Shown one piece after another: positions 29,429 through 41,842 of a DNA stretch of 64,000 bases (position 1 is its first letter; each line of letters opens with the position of its first letter). Made by a program: the position numbers and the translations under genes. Under the pieces are notes generated by a model. That model searched no databases and had not been told where the DNA came from. It saw only the letters and a list, made by a program, of their open reading frames with translations. The stretch is from the human T2T-CHM13v2.0 reference genome, Homo sapiens, in NCBI RefSeq assembly GCF_009914755.1, contig NC_060948.1; one strand, written 5' to 3'.

Positions 29429-30242
29429 TTGGGGGTGTTGGGGGGTGTGAGCTGGGGCTGGGGAGGGAAGAAGTATGCACCTACCGGGGTGGAGGGGACC
29501 CAAAACTCCCAATGGGAGCTGGCAGGAGGTCCTGGGAAGACGCCATGAAAGGATCCCACCAGGAAAGTGGCTCTAGGGCAGAGCATAAATTACTAGGGTC
29601 CTCCCAGGGAGCGCGGGCCTGAGTGGGAATGAGTGACCCGCGTGCAATCTCGACCCTGGCAGGACAGGACTGGCCTCAGCCGACCAGGCTCAGTTCTTTC
29701 CGTTCCTGATATTTGACGGAAGGAGGCACCCAGTTCCTTGAAGGAACTGAGGGGCAGGGAAGGAAGAAAGGTACTTAGGCTCAGAAGGGGCCACTAGGCA
29801 TCCATTAACAAGGGAAACAAAAGGATGGCCCATCTATGCCTGTAGCCCAGGCGTAGGTCATACTTTCCACCAGAGGTGGGGACAGCACCCTCAGGGCAGC
29901 AGGGAATGGCCCTCCCTGGCCTCTCTGGCCCCGTGGCCTCCAGGAGCTCACCTTGTCTGAAGGAGCTTCCTCCTGGGAAGATGAGGTAGCAGAGGGTGGG
30001 GTGAGACCACGTGGGCACAGGTCCCTGGCACTGGGAGGCCCCCGACCCATGACCTGCCCAGTGTCATGTCTATATCTGTGTGTTTAAGGCGTGCTTGCGT
30101 GTTGCGTGTGGCCGCAAAGTCTCCTTCCCATCTCAGCACCTGTGGGGGATGTGTGTGTGGAGATTGGAGTGTTTATTGGAGAAGGTCGCAGCGAGGAGGT
30201 GGACGAGGGCACCTGGGACTGCCTCAGAGGCCCAGGCAGTAC

Positions 30243-30397
30243 CTGAATTGGGCTGCATCGCGGCACAGCTCCATGTTGGGCCGGTGTGAGAGCAGGTACA
30301 GCCGGGTCTGGGCTATGTGCAGAGGTGCCTCCTTGTCCTTGATGGCCTCCTTCAGTGCCACCATGTTGTGTTCCTGATCTGTGATTTCCCGCAGCAT
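30243..30397 (-). pseudogene. TEKT4P: TEKT4P exon 5 (155 bp)
   Basis: MLREITDQEHNMVALKEAIKDKEAPLHIAQTRLYLLSHRPNMELCRDAAQF; CAG and GT boundaries. Confidence 0.93.
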
Positions 30398-31010
30398 CTG
30401 CCGACAGGACAGTGCCCCTTGGGCCTGTGCCCCCATGCCCGGGCATATGGAATGCAGAGACCAGTCTGGTCCTACCCAGGTCCTGGGGCTGTGTCCAGAG
30501 GGTGGTCCTGACCAGTGGCCCTGGGGAGGCGTGGATGAGGGGAACAATGTGCACGGGGCCCCCAGTGGGCTCTGGAGAGTCAGGCAGCCTGTTGTCTCTT
30601 AGCTCTGGTCCAAGAACCCCCATCCTTGGTGGTCACCAGGACCCAAATCCTGCTCAAGGACTGGGGACTCAGAGGTGGTAAAGGCCATGCTGAGGCCCTA
30701 GAGTCAGAGCCCTGCCTGTCACGCCAGGACTCTTGGGGACCTCCCAGGCAGTCAATGCTCCCCAGACCAGCTCCTGCCTCCATCCTCCCCACAGCTCCTC
30801 CTGCTCAGTCATGGGGGTTGCAACGCACTGCGATCATACCCAGTGTCACCTGGTTTTACATAGGTTTATGGAGAGGTGACACTTGCTTCTGGGGTCCCTC
30901 GGGATAAGTGGGACAGAGGAGAAAGGTGTTGAGGGCCCAGACCAGGTGATGAGAGGGGGCAGAGTGGTGGGCAGGCGCCGGAGCCATCTTTGGGGTTCAG
31001 GGTGCCCCAC

Positions 31011-31233
31011 CTTTTGCAGGTGGTGCTGCAGCTTGTGCCGCGCGTCCTCCAGTTCCTCACAGCGGCGCCCAAAGGCCAGGTTCACTGCGTCACACTGGAG
31101 TCCCAGGTCCTCGGAGGTGTCGCGAAGGATGCAGTCCACCAGCACCCACAGGTTGGCTGAGTCCAGGCGCTCGCGCTGGGCGCGGCACAGATTGTCCTGT
31201 GTGAACTTGGTCCGGGTCTCTGGGGTGGAGGCG
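31011..31233 (-). pseudogene. TEKT4P: TEKT4P exon 4 (223 bp)
   Basis: ASTPETRTKFTQDNLCRAQRERLDSANLWVLVDCILRDTSEDLGLQCDAVNLAFGRRCEELEDARHKLQHHLQK; CAG and GT boundaries. Confidence 0.93.
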
Positions 31234-31900
31234 CTGCGGGGCTGGGGACAGCCAGGAGAAGGTCGGGGAGGCTCTGCCAATGGCTGGGGGCCCTGCCGCG
31301 CCCCCATTCCCTGTCTGCACCCCATGCTCCTGGAGGAACTGCATGGACTCCAATGCATCCCGTGCAGACCCACGAAGCCCAGTCCCCCAAGCTCCCTGCC
31401 TCCGAGTTCCCCCCGCCCACAACTCCCCTGAGTCCACCCACACCCTACCCACCCCGGGCACTTAGTCCCCTCCTGCCCCCGTGACCCCGCTCCCAGCACC
31501 GCTGCCCCAGAGGCCCCCTCTGCAGCACCTCCGTCCCCCGCAACCCCCCTTCCCTAGTACCCAGCGCCCGCGTCCGCTTCTCGCACCCAGGAGTTTGCCA
31601 TGCTCAAGTGGGCGGTGGTCGTGCTCCCTCTGCTGGCCTTGGGTGGAAATGCAATCCTGCCGGCGCCTGGGGCTGACCGCACCCCACCCTGTCCTGTCTA
31701 AGGGCAACCAGGCTGTGCACGCGCTGGGCACTTGAGGAGGTCTTGCATGCTTTCTCATGCCAGGGGCAGACAGTTGCCCAAGTGTCTTCGGGGGCGAGGG
31801 CCTCTGGGCCAGGCTGGGGGAAGCAGCGCCGCTGGGGACCCCAGGCAGAGGGAGGCAAGACCACAGCCAGGGCAAGCACGGGGGCAGAGCTGGGGCCCCC

Positions 31901-32045
31901 CTCTCTTGGAAGGTGGTGGAGTGCCGGATGAGCCTGCACCTCGGTGCTCTGGCTGCGGTGGCGCCCGCAAGTCTCGTCGAGGTTGTAAGCCTCCACCTTG
32001 TCCGACCAGTCCATCTCGCAGATCTCCATGTGCTCTCGGTTCAGT
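31901..32045 (-). pseudogene. TEKT4P: TEKT4P exon 3 (145 bp, +1 frameshift, donor GT changed to GG)
   Basis: LNREHMEICEMDWSDKVEAYNLDETCGRHRSQSTEVQAHP, then one extra base before STTFQE. The exon is followed by GG. Confidence 0.9.
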
Positions 32046-32409
32046 CTGGGGCGGGGTGGGGCAGGGTCTTGGTGTGTGGCCAGGGAGGGCCCCGCTGGGG
32101 ACCCTCCATGCTGCAGGCTAGGCCTTTATGCCCGCTTCAGGAGGGAGCTCTGGGCCGGCTGTCCTCGTGCTCAGCAGTGACCAAGAGCTGCCGCCCATGC
32201 TGGGAGGCTGCAGATCAGTTGTGGCACTGGGCTTTGGCCACTCAAACTCAGGCTGGGCCGGAAACTCCCCCACCCAGCCCTGTGCTCCCACTGTGACCTG
32301 GGACAGCCCCTGCCGGCTCTGAGCTTCAGGGCCCTGTCGTTCAATGGCTTGCCCCAGGACCAGCCGTGGGTGGGGTCAGGAGTCATCCCTTGGGCAGCCC
32401 TCGACCCAC

Positions 32410-32480
32410 CGGATCTGGCTCACTGCTTGCACGATGACTCTCTTCAGCAGCTCCTGAATGTTCCGGATGAGCTCAGCTTC
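32410..32480 (-). pseudogene. TEKT4P: TEKT4P exon 2 (71 bp)
   Basis: EAELIRNIQELLKRVIVQAVSQI; CAG and GT boundaries. Confidence 0.92.
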
Positions 32481-33893
32481 CTGAGGGAGGAGACGCCCTG
32501 AGCACCAGAGCCGGCCCTTGGTGAGGATCCCAGGAGGCCCAGCTGCTGCAGGCCTTGGTCAACACCTGAGCAACCAGAAATAGTTGAATGCCGGGCCTGA
32601 GCTCTGACTGTGCAAGTTCTGCTCTCTCACTGGGTTTATCCTGGGCTTTTGGGCATTCTCCTTGGTGTGTTGTAAGTGGGGTGTTTTCCTCCAGGGCCTT
32701 CTATGGGCTGCTGGGAAGGTCCCTCAGCGGCAGTTCCCACGCCCCAGGCCTCAAGAGTCATCACTGCTGCTCACTCAGTGCACCCAGGAACGTTGGCCTG
32801 CCCCTGGCCTCTGGACAGCCCCTGAGGACCCAAACTCTGGGGGCCCAGATGCCCACCTAGGCTGCCCCTCAGGGCTCTGTGTTGGGAAAGACCATCCTCA
32901 CACCAAGAACAGGAGGAAGACCATGTGTTTCTTCTTACTGCCTGGCCAGTTTAATTTTCTGTGTGTAGGAACAAGCCTTTTTCCCCTGTGACTGGGGTCT
33001 TTGCCTGGACCACCAGCTACCTCCTTGTGTGCCAGGGCCCGAGTCCTGCACCCCTCTGTCCCTGGGTTTGCCTCTTCCTGCACTGTCAGTGTCTCCATCA
33101 CTTCGCAGACACCCTTGTTGCTGGCAGAGGGTTTGCGGGAACTGCAGCAGTTCTTGAGGCACTGAGAGGGTGCAGGGGGATAGGCCTGCAGAAGGGGAAG
33201 GGAGGGAGGAGGGAAGGCATGAGGGGAGGGAGGGACTCAAGGGTTCTTGCCTGAGTTTGGGGGTATGGCAGGAGACCAGCTGCCTCCACCCCACATCTTT
33301 CACAAATGTCTACAGGCCTGTAGTGGTTCTCATGGAGGCCCCAGGCTCTGAGAGCTCAGGGAATTCTCCAGAGCCAGCATCAGGGCCAGGACTGAGTTAC
33401 TCTCTCACCCTATGGGGTTGACCCATAGACAAGCTGGGTTGGATTGGGAAGTTACAGGTGACATGGAGAAGGGGACCTGTGGGTGCAGATCTTCGTGTTC
33501 CCGGCTCTGTATAGGATGAATAGGAGCAGTGGCTCCCAGCCTATCCCACCCTACCTGTCCACACCCGCAGTGCTGGCCCAGACCTGGGTTTCCACCTCGG
33601 GAGCAACTGTCCCAACCAGGGAAGGTCTCTGGGGAGCACAGGGTCAGGATGACTGTGCCAGGACTCAAAGGTATTGGAGGAGGAGAGGAGAAACAGCTGC
33701 TTGGAAGTCAGGGGACTTCTGGGGCAAAACTGCCTCCTGTCACTAAGGGGACAGATTTCGGGACTCAGGGGTCTCACGCACAGAGGGCTGGTCTCCCGTG
33801 TGCTTGTAGCAGCCACCTGGCTTCTCCACATGAACTGCCAGGGGCTCCTCCTCTCTGTGCCCACAAGTCCTGGCCACCCAAGGCTGCTGGCAC

Positions 33894-34408
33894 CTTCAGC
33901 AGCTCCGTCTCCACATGGTCACGCACAAGGTTGGCGTGCTGGTGGCGCTGGTTGCACTGCATGTTGTCAGTGGCGATGGAGAAGGGCACCTCCATGGCAT
34001 CCAGGGCGTGCTCCAGCCGTTGCTTCTGGGCCAGCAGCAGGTCAGTCTCCGCAGCCAGCGCCTCTACCTCGCCCTGCAGCTCCGAATTCCAGCTGTGCAT
34101 GTCCTGCAGTCGCTCGCCCACCCTGCACTTGGAGTCTTGCTGTGTCGGCTGTGCCAGCGCCTGGATCTCTGCAGCCAGCTGCTGGCTCTTGTGCCCCTGC
34201 AGCTCCCGCTCCGACTGGTTGCAGTCGGCGAAGGCCTGGTGGTAGCGAGCATAGCAGTTCTGGAACCACACCACCAGCTGGCGGTGGCCAGGCCGGAGGA
34301 CGTGTAGGCGCCCGTGTTGCGGACCACGTCATACTCTTTGCAGGGCAGCTCGCAGGGCGGCACTGTCTGCGGGGCCGGCTCTGGTAGGAGCATATCCGTC
34401 TGCACCAT
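33894..34408 (-). pseudogene. TEKT4P: TEKT4P exon 1, with a frameshifting deletion near 34270
   Basis: ACCATGG Kozak context. MVQTDMLLPEPAPQTVPPCELPCKEYDVVRNTGAYTSSGLATAS, then a frame change to WFQNCYARYHQAFAD...VRDHVETELLK, followed by GT. Confidence 0.95.
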
Positions 34409-34531
34409 GGTGTCTGCCACCCACCAGGGCCAGGGGAGTGAGGAGTGTGTGTGGTCAGCTTGTTGCGGTCAGCCCAGTGCAGTCATCGGTCGGCTCCAAC
34501 GGCTCTGTCGCAGAGCAGGACGTGGCTCCCA

Positions 34532-34579
34532 GTTGCTTGGGTGACACAGTAAACCAAGAGCTTCCTGTTGCCAAGAAAC
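34532..34579. promoter_or_regulatory. Two RFX X-box-like motifs in the TEKT4P proximal promoter
   Basis: GTTGCTTGGGTGAC (34532-34545) and GTTGCCAAGAAAC (34567-34579), with a GTAAAC forkhead-like core between them, ~125-170 bp upstream of the ATG of a ciliary gene copy. Confidence 0.6.
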
Positions 34580-36894
34580 GGGATCTCTTCTCCAGTGGCT
34601 AGGGGAGGGGGCATTCAGGGCGGCGGGCAGAATTGCCCTCTTAAAGGGCCAGGCAGCCCCAGCCCCACCATCCCTGTCCCCACCTCGGGGCAATCAACAG
34701 TGGCCAAGGGTTCCTGTCACTTAGAGGATCCCAGGGCCAGCCCGTCTCCAGCCTCTGTGTCCCACCCTTAGGGTTCAGGGTGTGGGTGGGGACCTACTGC
34801 CCTGGTCCCTTCGTTGATTCATCCATTTGTTCCTGGTTTGCTCTCTGATCCTGTCCTGTGCGGAGCTCCACGCTCAGGGTGAACAAGACAGAGGAGGCTC
34901 TGCCCACCTGCCCCCTCAGGGCAGAGGGCTGTGGCTGTTGTGTGAATGTTGGGTGTGCTGAGTGATAGTGTTACTTGATGCCGTACAGGTGGCTGCTCTC
35001 CCTGCCCTCCTGGCCCCAACAGCAGCCTGGTAGCACAGGGAGGGTCCCAGGCCAGGCCCCCTCAGGGGCAGTCTGAAGCAGTTCCTGCAGGGACTCTGCT
35101 CCATTTTCTCCTGGACCTAGTGCCTGAGAGCCAGGCCCTGGCCTCTGGCCTTCTCCTCCCAAGTCCCAGCTAGGGTCCCCTCAGGCTGGGCACAGTGGGG
35201 AGGGAGGGAGTCTGAGTGTGTTTTTTCCTGGGGAGTTGAATTCAGCCTCTGGATAAGTGTCCAGAGTCATATGCCCAAATCTGCCCCACAGGGCGGAGGA
35301 AGGTCCTGTGCTGCGGAGGCTGCCCTGAAAGCCACCCAGGGCCATGCTGCCTGGCGGAGGCTGGATGGGCAGTAAGCGCCCCAGGACACATCGGCATCCC
35401 CCAAACCTGGGGCCAGGGGAGCTCCAGCCTAGGGGAGATTCCCCACGCAGCCAGCGGAGGGCGGCTTTGGCCTGGCTGTGAGAAGCCTGCGGCTCCTGGC
35501 TCGGCCTCCCCTCCGCCTGCCTGGCGCATGCACTCCTGGGGACCCCAGCCCCTCCGGCATCCTCTTCCCTGAGAATCCCGCACCAGAAAGTCCTCGCTAG
35601 GAAGTCCATGCCCTTCCTACAGCACAGGCCCCTGGGCCCCTGTTCCTTCCACCTTCACCTCCTCTCCCACCACAGCCCACACCCTCACTCCAGGCACAGG
35701 AGCCGGGGCTCCTCCTGGGCCATTCCCACCACCCCACCCAGGTCTCTCCAGCACAACCACGTGCCGGCCAGTGCCCACCTCCTGGACCTGACCTCCCCCG
35801 GTCCTGACCTCCCCGTGGCCAGAACCCTCAGTCCATGCTGCTGTCACCACTGTGCACTGGCCTGACACAGCCTCCTAAAGGGGCTTTGAGGACAGCAGCC
35901 GGGAGACTTACCCCAACCCAGGCCGAGCCAGATCCTATTGCAGGTGGCCTGGGAACCTCTTCTCACTCTCCATCAAGATTGAGAGGTCAGCGGACCTCTG
36001 AGAAACATCCTTGAGCCTCGCCATGACTCAGTTTCCCCAGATGGCAGCAGGCTGGAGCCCATGCAGGGCAGGATGCCAGGCTCCACCTTTTGTCTGGAAC
36101 CTGCATTCACTGGGCACCTCTCTGTAGGCATAGCAGAGCAGAGCTGCCTGTTTCTGTCCCTGATCTGCAGCCCCAGGAGCCCGAGAGATGACCTAAGCCA
36201 AGGAGAAGGCCTCTGGGCCAGAGCCCAGCTCTGCGAAGTGGGAGACCTCTCAGCCTCCACTTCCAGGTGCCCTGAAGTCATTGGCAGGGGGTGCTGCCTA
36301 CTTGGGGCTCCCAGACTAAGGGAACACATTCACCTGGTGACCACAATAGGCCCTGCAGGCTGAGGCACAGGATTTGACCAAGGACGCATCAGAGTTAGGG
36401 GACTGGGCCCTGACTCCTGCCAGCTGCAAAATCCCAAAGCCCCCAGCCCTCTCATGGGGTGAAGACACCCTGAAGGACACTCCAGTGTGCTCCCACCTCT
36501 GGGTTCTGCCAGCCAGAGAGTGGGACTCTCAGGCCACATGTGTCTTGCTGGATCTCAGCTTCAGGGACCCAGGGTGCTGGCAGCTCTCTGAGACCTGGGT
36601 CAGGGGGTATCCATTAGAGCACCTTGGTCAGGACCCAGAGATAGGGAGGGCAGGGCTAAGAGCACCCCAGGCAGTTGGCATCTCCAGAAAGCAGGAGGTA
36701 GGGCATGGCTCTGTGACAGATGTCCCGTGACAGGGAGGATTGGAGGGACAGAGGGACGTGCTCAGGGGCTGAGGGGCAGATGAGGCCACCAAAGGGCACC
36801 TTGGACACTGGATGGCCCCAGGAAGGCCCCTGAACCCCATCCTGATTGATCCAGGGACAGTGACCTTGGCCCAGACTGCACGCCTGGAGACTCA

Positions 36895-37140
36895 GGTTCC
36901 TTTAGTTTCTTAAGAAACTACTATGCTCCTTTTTGGCATAACTATGATTTTACATTCCCACCAGTCATGTGTGAAAGCTCCAGTTTTTACTCATACTCCC
37001 CAGCGTTTGATGTTTTATTTTTATTTTAGCTATTCTGATATATATGTGTTAGTCAATGTGGTCTTAATTTGCAAATTTCTAATGACTAATGATATTTAAC
37101 ATCTTTTCCTGTTCATAATTAAATACCATCTGTATTCCTT
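36895..37140 (-). mobile_element. Old L1M fragment
   Basis: TTTTACATTCCCACCAG, TTTTAGCTATTCTGATA, TTAATTTGCAAATTTCTAATGACTAATGAT. Confidence 0.7.
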
Positions 37141-38667
37141 TTCACATATCATTAGCACAAATGTGAAATATCAGAACAAAATTTTTCACACAACTTCAAA
37201 ATTTTTAGAACAATACTCAAGGGAAAAGGTGTTTATTTAGAACAATGAAAACAATGAGACATTAACTTCCAGCTTAAATAAAGTTGATTGTGTGCATAAA
37301 AATGGTGAAAATATTGGACTTTCTTGGCAAAAGAAGAAAGGGGAAGACTTTATATTTTCTGACATAATATTCATCATTTGTCTTTGGTTTGTGTATTATG
37401 TGTATGATTTTGAAAAAATGCACCAAAGATATAACTTTCTGGTGTTTGCTTTGATATTATCTTTGCAAACAGAAAAGTTGGCACATGTTTCTGTATAAAA
37501 CTGGTCAAAGTTGGCCTAGGAATGATCTTACATTGTACTTTCACTTTACATCATACTGTAAGAGTTTAATAATAGCTAAGGCATCAGCATTGATGTGGGC
37601 TTATTATACCTATTCAAGAGATGGTGTGAGGTTTAGGAGAGTTATGTGCCCTTTATCATAAAACAAATCTATGAAGCATTTATATAAAAACCCAGTATTT
37701 CTGGTTTCAAATTCAGTACTGTGCCGTCTGCTTGATAGATTTGTTCGCAGGTTAGAGACATTTTATTGCGTAACTTCCATGAAATATCACAGTTGTACTC
37801 TTGAATATGTTTGAATCACAAAAAGACTTTAATCTGCACTCAGTTCTTGTAACTAAAATCTTCAGTCTGAATATGAATTTCACTTAAAGAACATCCCTAG
37901 AAATTTCAGAGAGAAAAAGACTTTACTTGCAGAATACAATCTGCATTTGCTTTGACAACTAGTTAGTTCACATATGTAAAATAAGTCTACCTGTCTGTAT
38001 GCATAATTAATATGTAACAGTAGTGTGGCAATGACTTGTTAAAGCAATTAGAATGGCAGTGGATCATGGCACAATTTACCTTAAAAGCCATGAGCAGAAT
38101 ACATCACAAGCTATGATACAATGAATAGTCATTAGGTTTAAAGTAGTATCCACATATAAAAACACAAAGCATATTTTAGCTCTTTAAATGAAAGCTTCAT
38201 TCAGTCAATATTGGTCTTCCTGTAGATGCATTTATGAAACAAAAACCACAAAACATACAGCTTACCCGCTTCTCAAAACTCATTGCACAATAGGTTGAGG
38301 GACTTCTCTACACCAGGACCTATTATTAAAACCAGTAAGTCCTCAGTGAAAATCATTTATTTGCCCGGAGTGTCATATGATGTGTCTGTTGTAGGCAGCT
38401 GTGGCAGTGGTGGGAGGTTTAGTGACACGTACCCTGCCCACGTCTGTCCGTCCATCAGTGGGCTAGTGTCTCTCTGGCTGCACCTGAGAAGGGTCTATAG
38501 GAGTTAACGGCATTAGCATGGGAGTCAAAAGAAATCATCTTGGATTCAAACTTCCATTTCAGTATTCATTTCCAGCTAAGTTTGTGTAGCATGCTTAATG
38601 TTTCTGAAGCTCAATTTTAGTAATGGTAAAGTATATCTGCCTAAAAGACAGGGACACATCCCAGTTT

Positions 38668-38993
38668 TGTGTTTTTTTATTTTTATTTTACCGTATTTTT
38701 CTTGAGACAGAGTTTTGCTCTTGCTGTCCAGGCTGGAGTGCAATGGTGCAATCTCGGCTCACCACAACCTCCGCCTCCTGGGTTCAAGGGACTCTCCTGC
38801 TTCAGCATTCTGAGTAAATGGAATTACAGGTGCCCGCCACCATGCCCAGCTAATTTTTTGTATTTTTAATAGAGACGGGTTTCACCATGTTGGCCAGGCT
38901 GGTCTTGAACCCCTGACCTCAGATGATCCACCCACCTCAGATGATAATCCCGCCAAGTGCTGGGATTACAGGTGTGAGCCACCATGCCCGGCC
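38668..38993 (-). mobile_element. AluS
   Basis: Full antisense Alu: GAGACAGAGTTTTGCTCTTG...GTGAGCCACCATGCCCGGCC. Confidence 0.9.
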
Positions 38994-39022
38994 TTATCCT
39001 CAAAAAAGAATTTATCAAAATT

Positions 39023-39187
39023 GTATGTGTGTGTGTGTGTGTGTGTATGTTTTAACTAGAGTAATAATATATTAAAATGCCACTCTGTATGTTCTAACAA
39101 AAAACCTCAATTTAACAAATGTATATGGGGAGAGGGAGAGAGAGAGGGAGAGAGAGAGAAGGAGGGAGGCAGAGAGAGAGAGAGAGA
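39023..39187. repeat. (TG)n and (GA)n-rich simple repeats
   Basis: Directly visible at ~39023-39048 and ~39128-39187. Confidence 0.9.
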
Positions 39188-39189
39188 TA

Positions 39190-39357
39190 TGTATCTCTGG
39201 TGTCTCTTCCTTTTTGGATGATGACCCCAGTCCTAACAGATTAGGGCCTTACCCTTTTGCCCCTATTTAACCTTTACCTTCTTAAAAGCTCCTTCTCCAA
39301 ATACAGTCACACTGGGAGATAGGGCTTCAGGTTAGGAATTCTGGGGGGACATAATTC
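39190..39357 (-). mobile_element. MLT1 LTR fragment
   Basis: TCTCTGGTGTCTCTTCC...GATTAGGGCC...TCCAAATACAGTCACACTGGG...GGGGGGACATAATT. Confidence 0.7.
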
Positions 39358-41842
39358 TCTCCAGAACAGACACTAATATCATGAGTGCTCAGATTGCTAG
39401 TGAATATGTTCTTGTTACAATTATTTTCACTTTGCAGTTTTAAATAATGAATACTTGGATAAAAAATACCCACTGTATTCTAATTTTTTCAACACTTCTT
39501 ACTTGCATGGATTCTAAACAGAAGTCCAATGTAATTCTTATGTCTGTTTCTCTGTAGACAATGTGTTTCTTCCTCTGCCTTATTTTAATATTTTATCTTT
39601 GTTACAGGTTTTCTACAGTTTGAATATGATATTCCTAGGTATATTTTTAAAATATTCATCCTGCTTGGTGTTCTCTGAGCTTTTTGGATTTGTAATTTGG
39701 TGTCTGTCATTAATTTGTGTTTTTTTCCTAGTTAAAAAAATGAACTTTATAGATTTTACATTCTCAACTTTCACTTATTTTCAAAATGAGAGACAAGACA
39801 CCTAAACTCCAAGATTTCAGTCCTGAATGCAATAGTACCAGATTTTCAAGTTACATAAGTGAACTGCATAAACACCACTAGTTTCAAGTGTACCCTATAA
39901 GAAACACATGGACATACTTTCATTGTTTAACCACACGGTGTCATATCAATAAACATCAAAGTATCTGACATATATTTGTCCATTAAAAGTAAACACAACT
40001 CTGAGTATCAAATTAAATTAATCATTTGCCTTTTATAATCTAAATCAGAAATTGAAAAACAGGAACATTGTAGAGGTAAGTGGCTGAAAATGCTCTGCTT
40101 ACTGCACACAAGCACATCATGACAAAGAATGCTAGAAGTAGCTTTCCTCAGAAGTAATAATTGAACATTTAAAATATTATTTTCTCAGAAAAGTTAAAGC
40201 TTTTAGTGTAAAAAGCATGGTAAATGACATTTTAACTTAATAGTTAACTATATAGCAAAATATAGATTTCAAGCAATTAGTTACCCACATTTCACCAGAA
40301 CCTTCAGTGAAAGTGTCTACTCTCAACATTGACCAGAACCTTCCTGTTCTGAAGTGTCTACTCTTTAGAGTTGCTTCAGCTTTACATATCTGTAAAACCT
40401 AAGATTACTCAATGAGAAGTTACACCTTATTCTGTACTAGATACACATAATATATATAGATTTAGAACAAATGGATGCTTTTCAACCTCAAAAAAAGTAT
40501 TTTAATTTACACAATGTTAGATTGTTTTTCACCCATGTGTATACATAACAGTGTTTCCCAAATTCACAGGGTCCATTTCCATAATTCTAAAGCAAAAATA
40601 GAGGCACACAAATGGATAATAATTCATAGTTTTATGCCTTTTTTTAACCTATCTTTAAAGAAATTCAGTTGCCATTTAGACAAAGATGTGATGAACCTGT
40701 AACAAATTTCTATGACTTGGAAAATTAAAGGTCTAAAAATCCTAAATGTAGTAGCTCTGGGCAGTTTGCAATTTGTGCATGGGTTCACTCACCCTATGGT
40801 CCGTGAACTCCCTTATCCTGCAAGCTGTAGGTACTTTCGGCAAATATGAGACTCAATAAGACTAAGGAAGGGCTTGTTTAAATTAGTTCCCCTCACAGTT
40901 GATTCTAATCTTGCAATGAACAGATTTAATGTACTAGTGAGTTAAATTTTAAAGTAATTATAAAGCCATTTACTCTATCATAAATGAATGAAATGTAAGA
41001 ATCACACTTAAAACAAGTCTTTCATTTTAATGAATGGTATCTTTCATTTATATACAAAGGAATTCACTTGCCAGCAGCATTTAAATATAGGAATAGTCTC
41101 ATCTTTTCTCTAGTGCCTTTTATAAAGCAGTGCCATTTCTAACTAGGTGTATTTGTTTCCCAGCTATTCAGTAACTACATTATAGGTATCTAATTGATTC
41201 AAGAAAAGATTGGAAAATTGAGAAGATTTAGCATTTTAAACATTTGAAAAATGTTGCTACAAAGCATAGATTATGAATGCATTAGTAAAATAAATTGACA
41301 CCTTATGTGAGAATCATTAAGTTGGTTTAATTATATCACAGATGTATGGGCTCACTAATATTTATACCAATTTATGCTAATTAAACCAGAAAGTTTCTGT
41401 ACATAATTCAGCTCTGAGCACCATTTAATAGGGTTATGCCAAATAGAACCAATGGTTATATAATACGCAGAATATAAACCTCAGCAAATTCAAACTTTTG
41501 GAATGGCAACACAAGTGAGAATGAGAGGCAATATTTCATTTCAAAGTACCATAGGCTGCTAAGAGTGTTCTTTTCTTTTAAAAATTTGTGTGGTTGTTAG
41601 TAATGTACCTTAACACTGGTCCTCCTTGACAGCGGTGTTAGAGATGGTTAGGTAGAACCTATATTACGGAAGTCAGCGTTGCCCATTTCTTTAGTTCAGT
41701 GATTAAAATTGAAATTACTTTTACAAAACAATTGAACTGCTGCTTACAATATAAATAGAATACCAACAGGATTCCTGTTGTATTCACATTATTCTCTAAT
41801 TAGTATTTTTACATTTCCACTCTGACCTGACCTTCAGTAGTT

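Larger units (their letters stand above)
29174..34408 (-). pseudogene. TEKT4P: Tektin-4 unprocessed pseudogene (TEKT4P/MAFIP-like), all six coding exons present but disabled
   Basis: Six exons with tektin-4 peptides in the correct order. Frameshifts in exons 1 and 3, broken exon-3 donor and exon-6 acceptor. AATAAA at 29174-29179 on the minus strand. Confidence 0.95.

Noticed and set aside
29212-34408. Functional TEKT4 gene
   Set aside because: Frameshifts in exons 1 and 3, a GG donor after exon 3 and an AA acceptor before exon 6.
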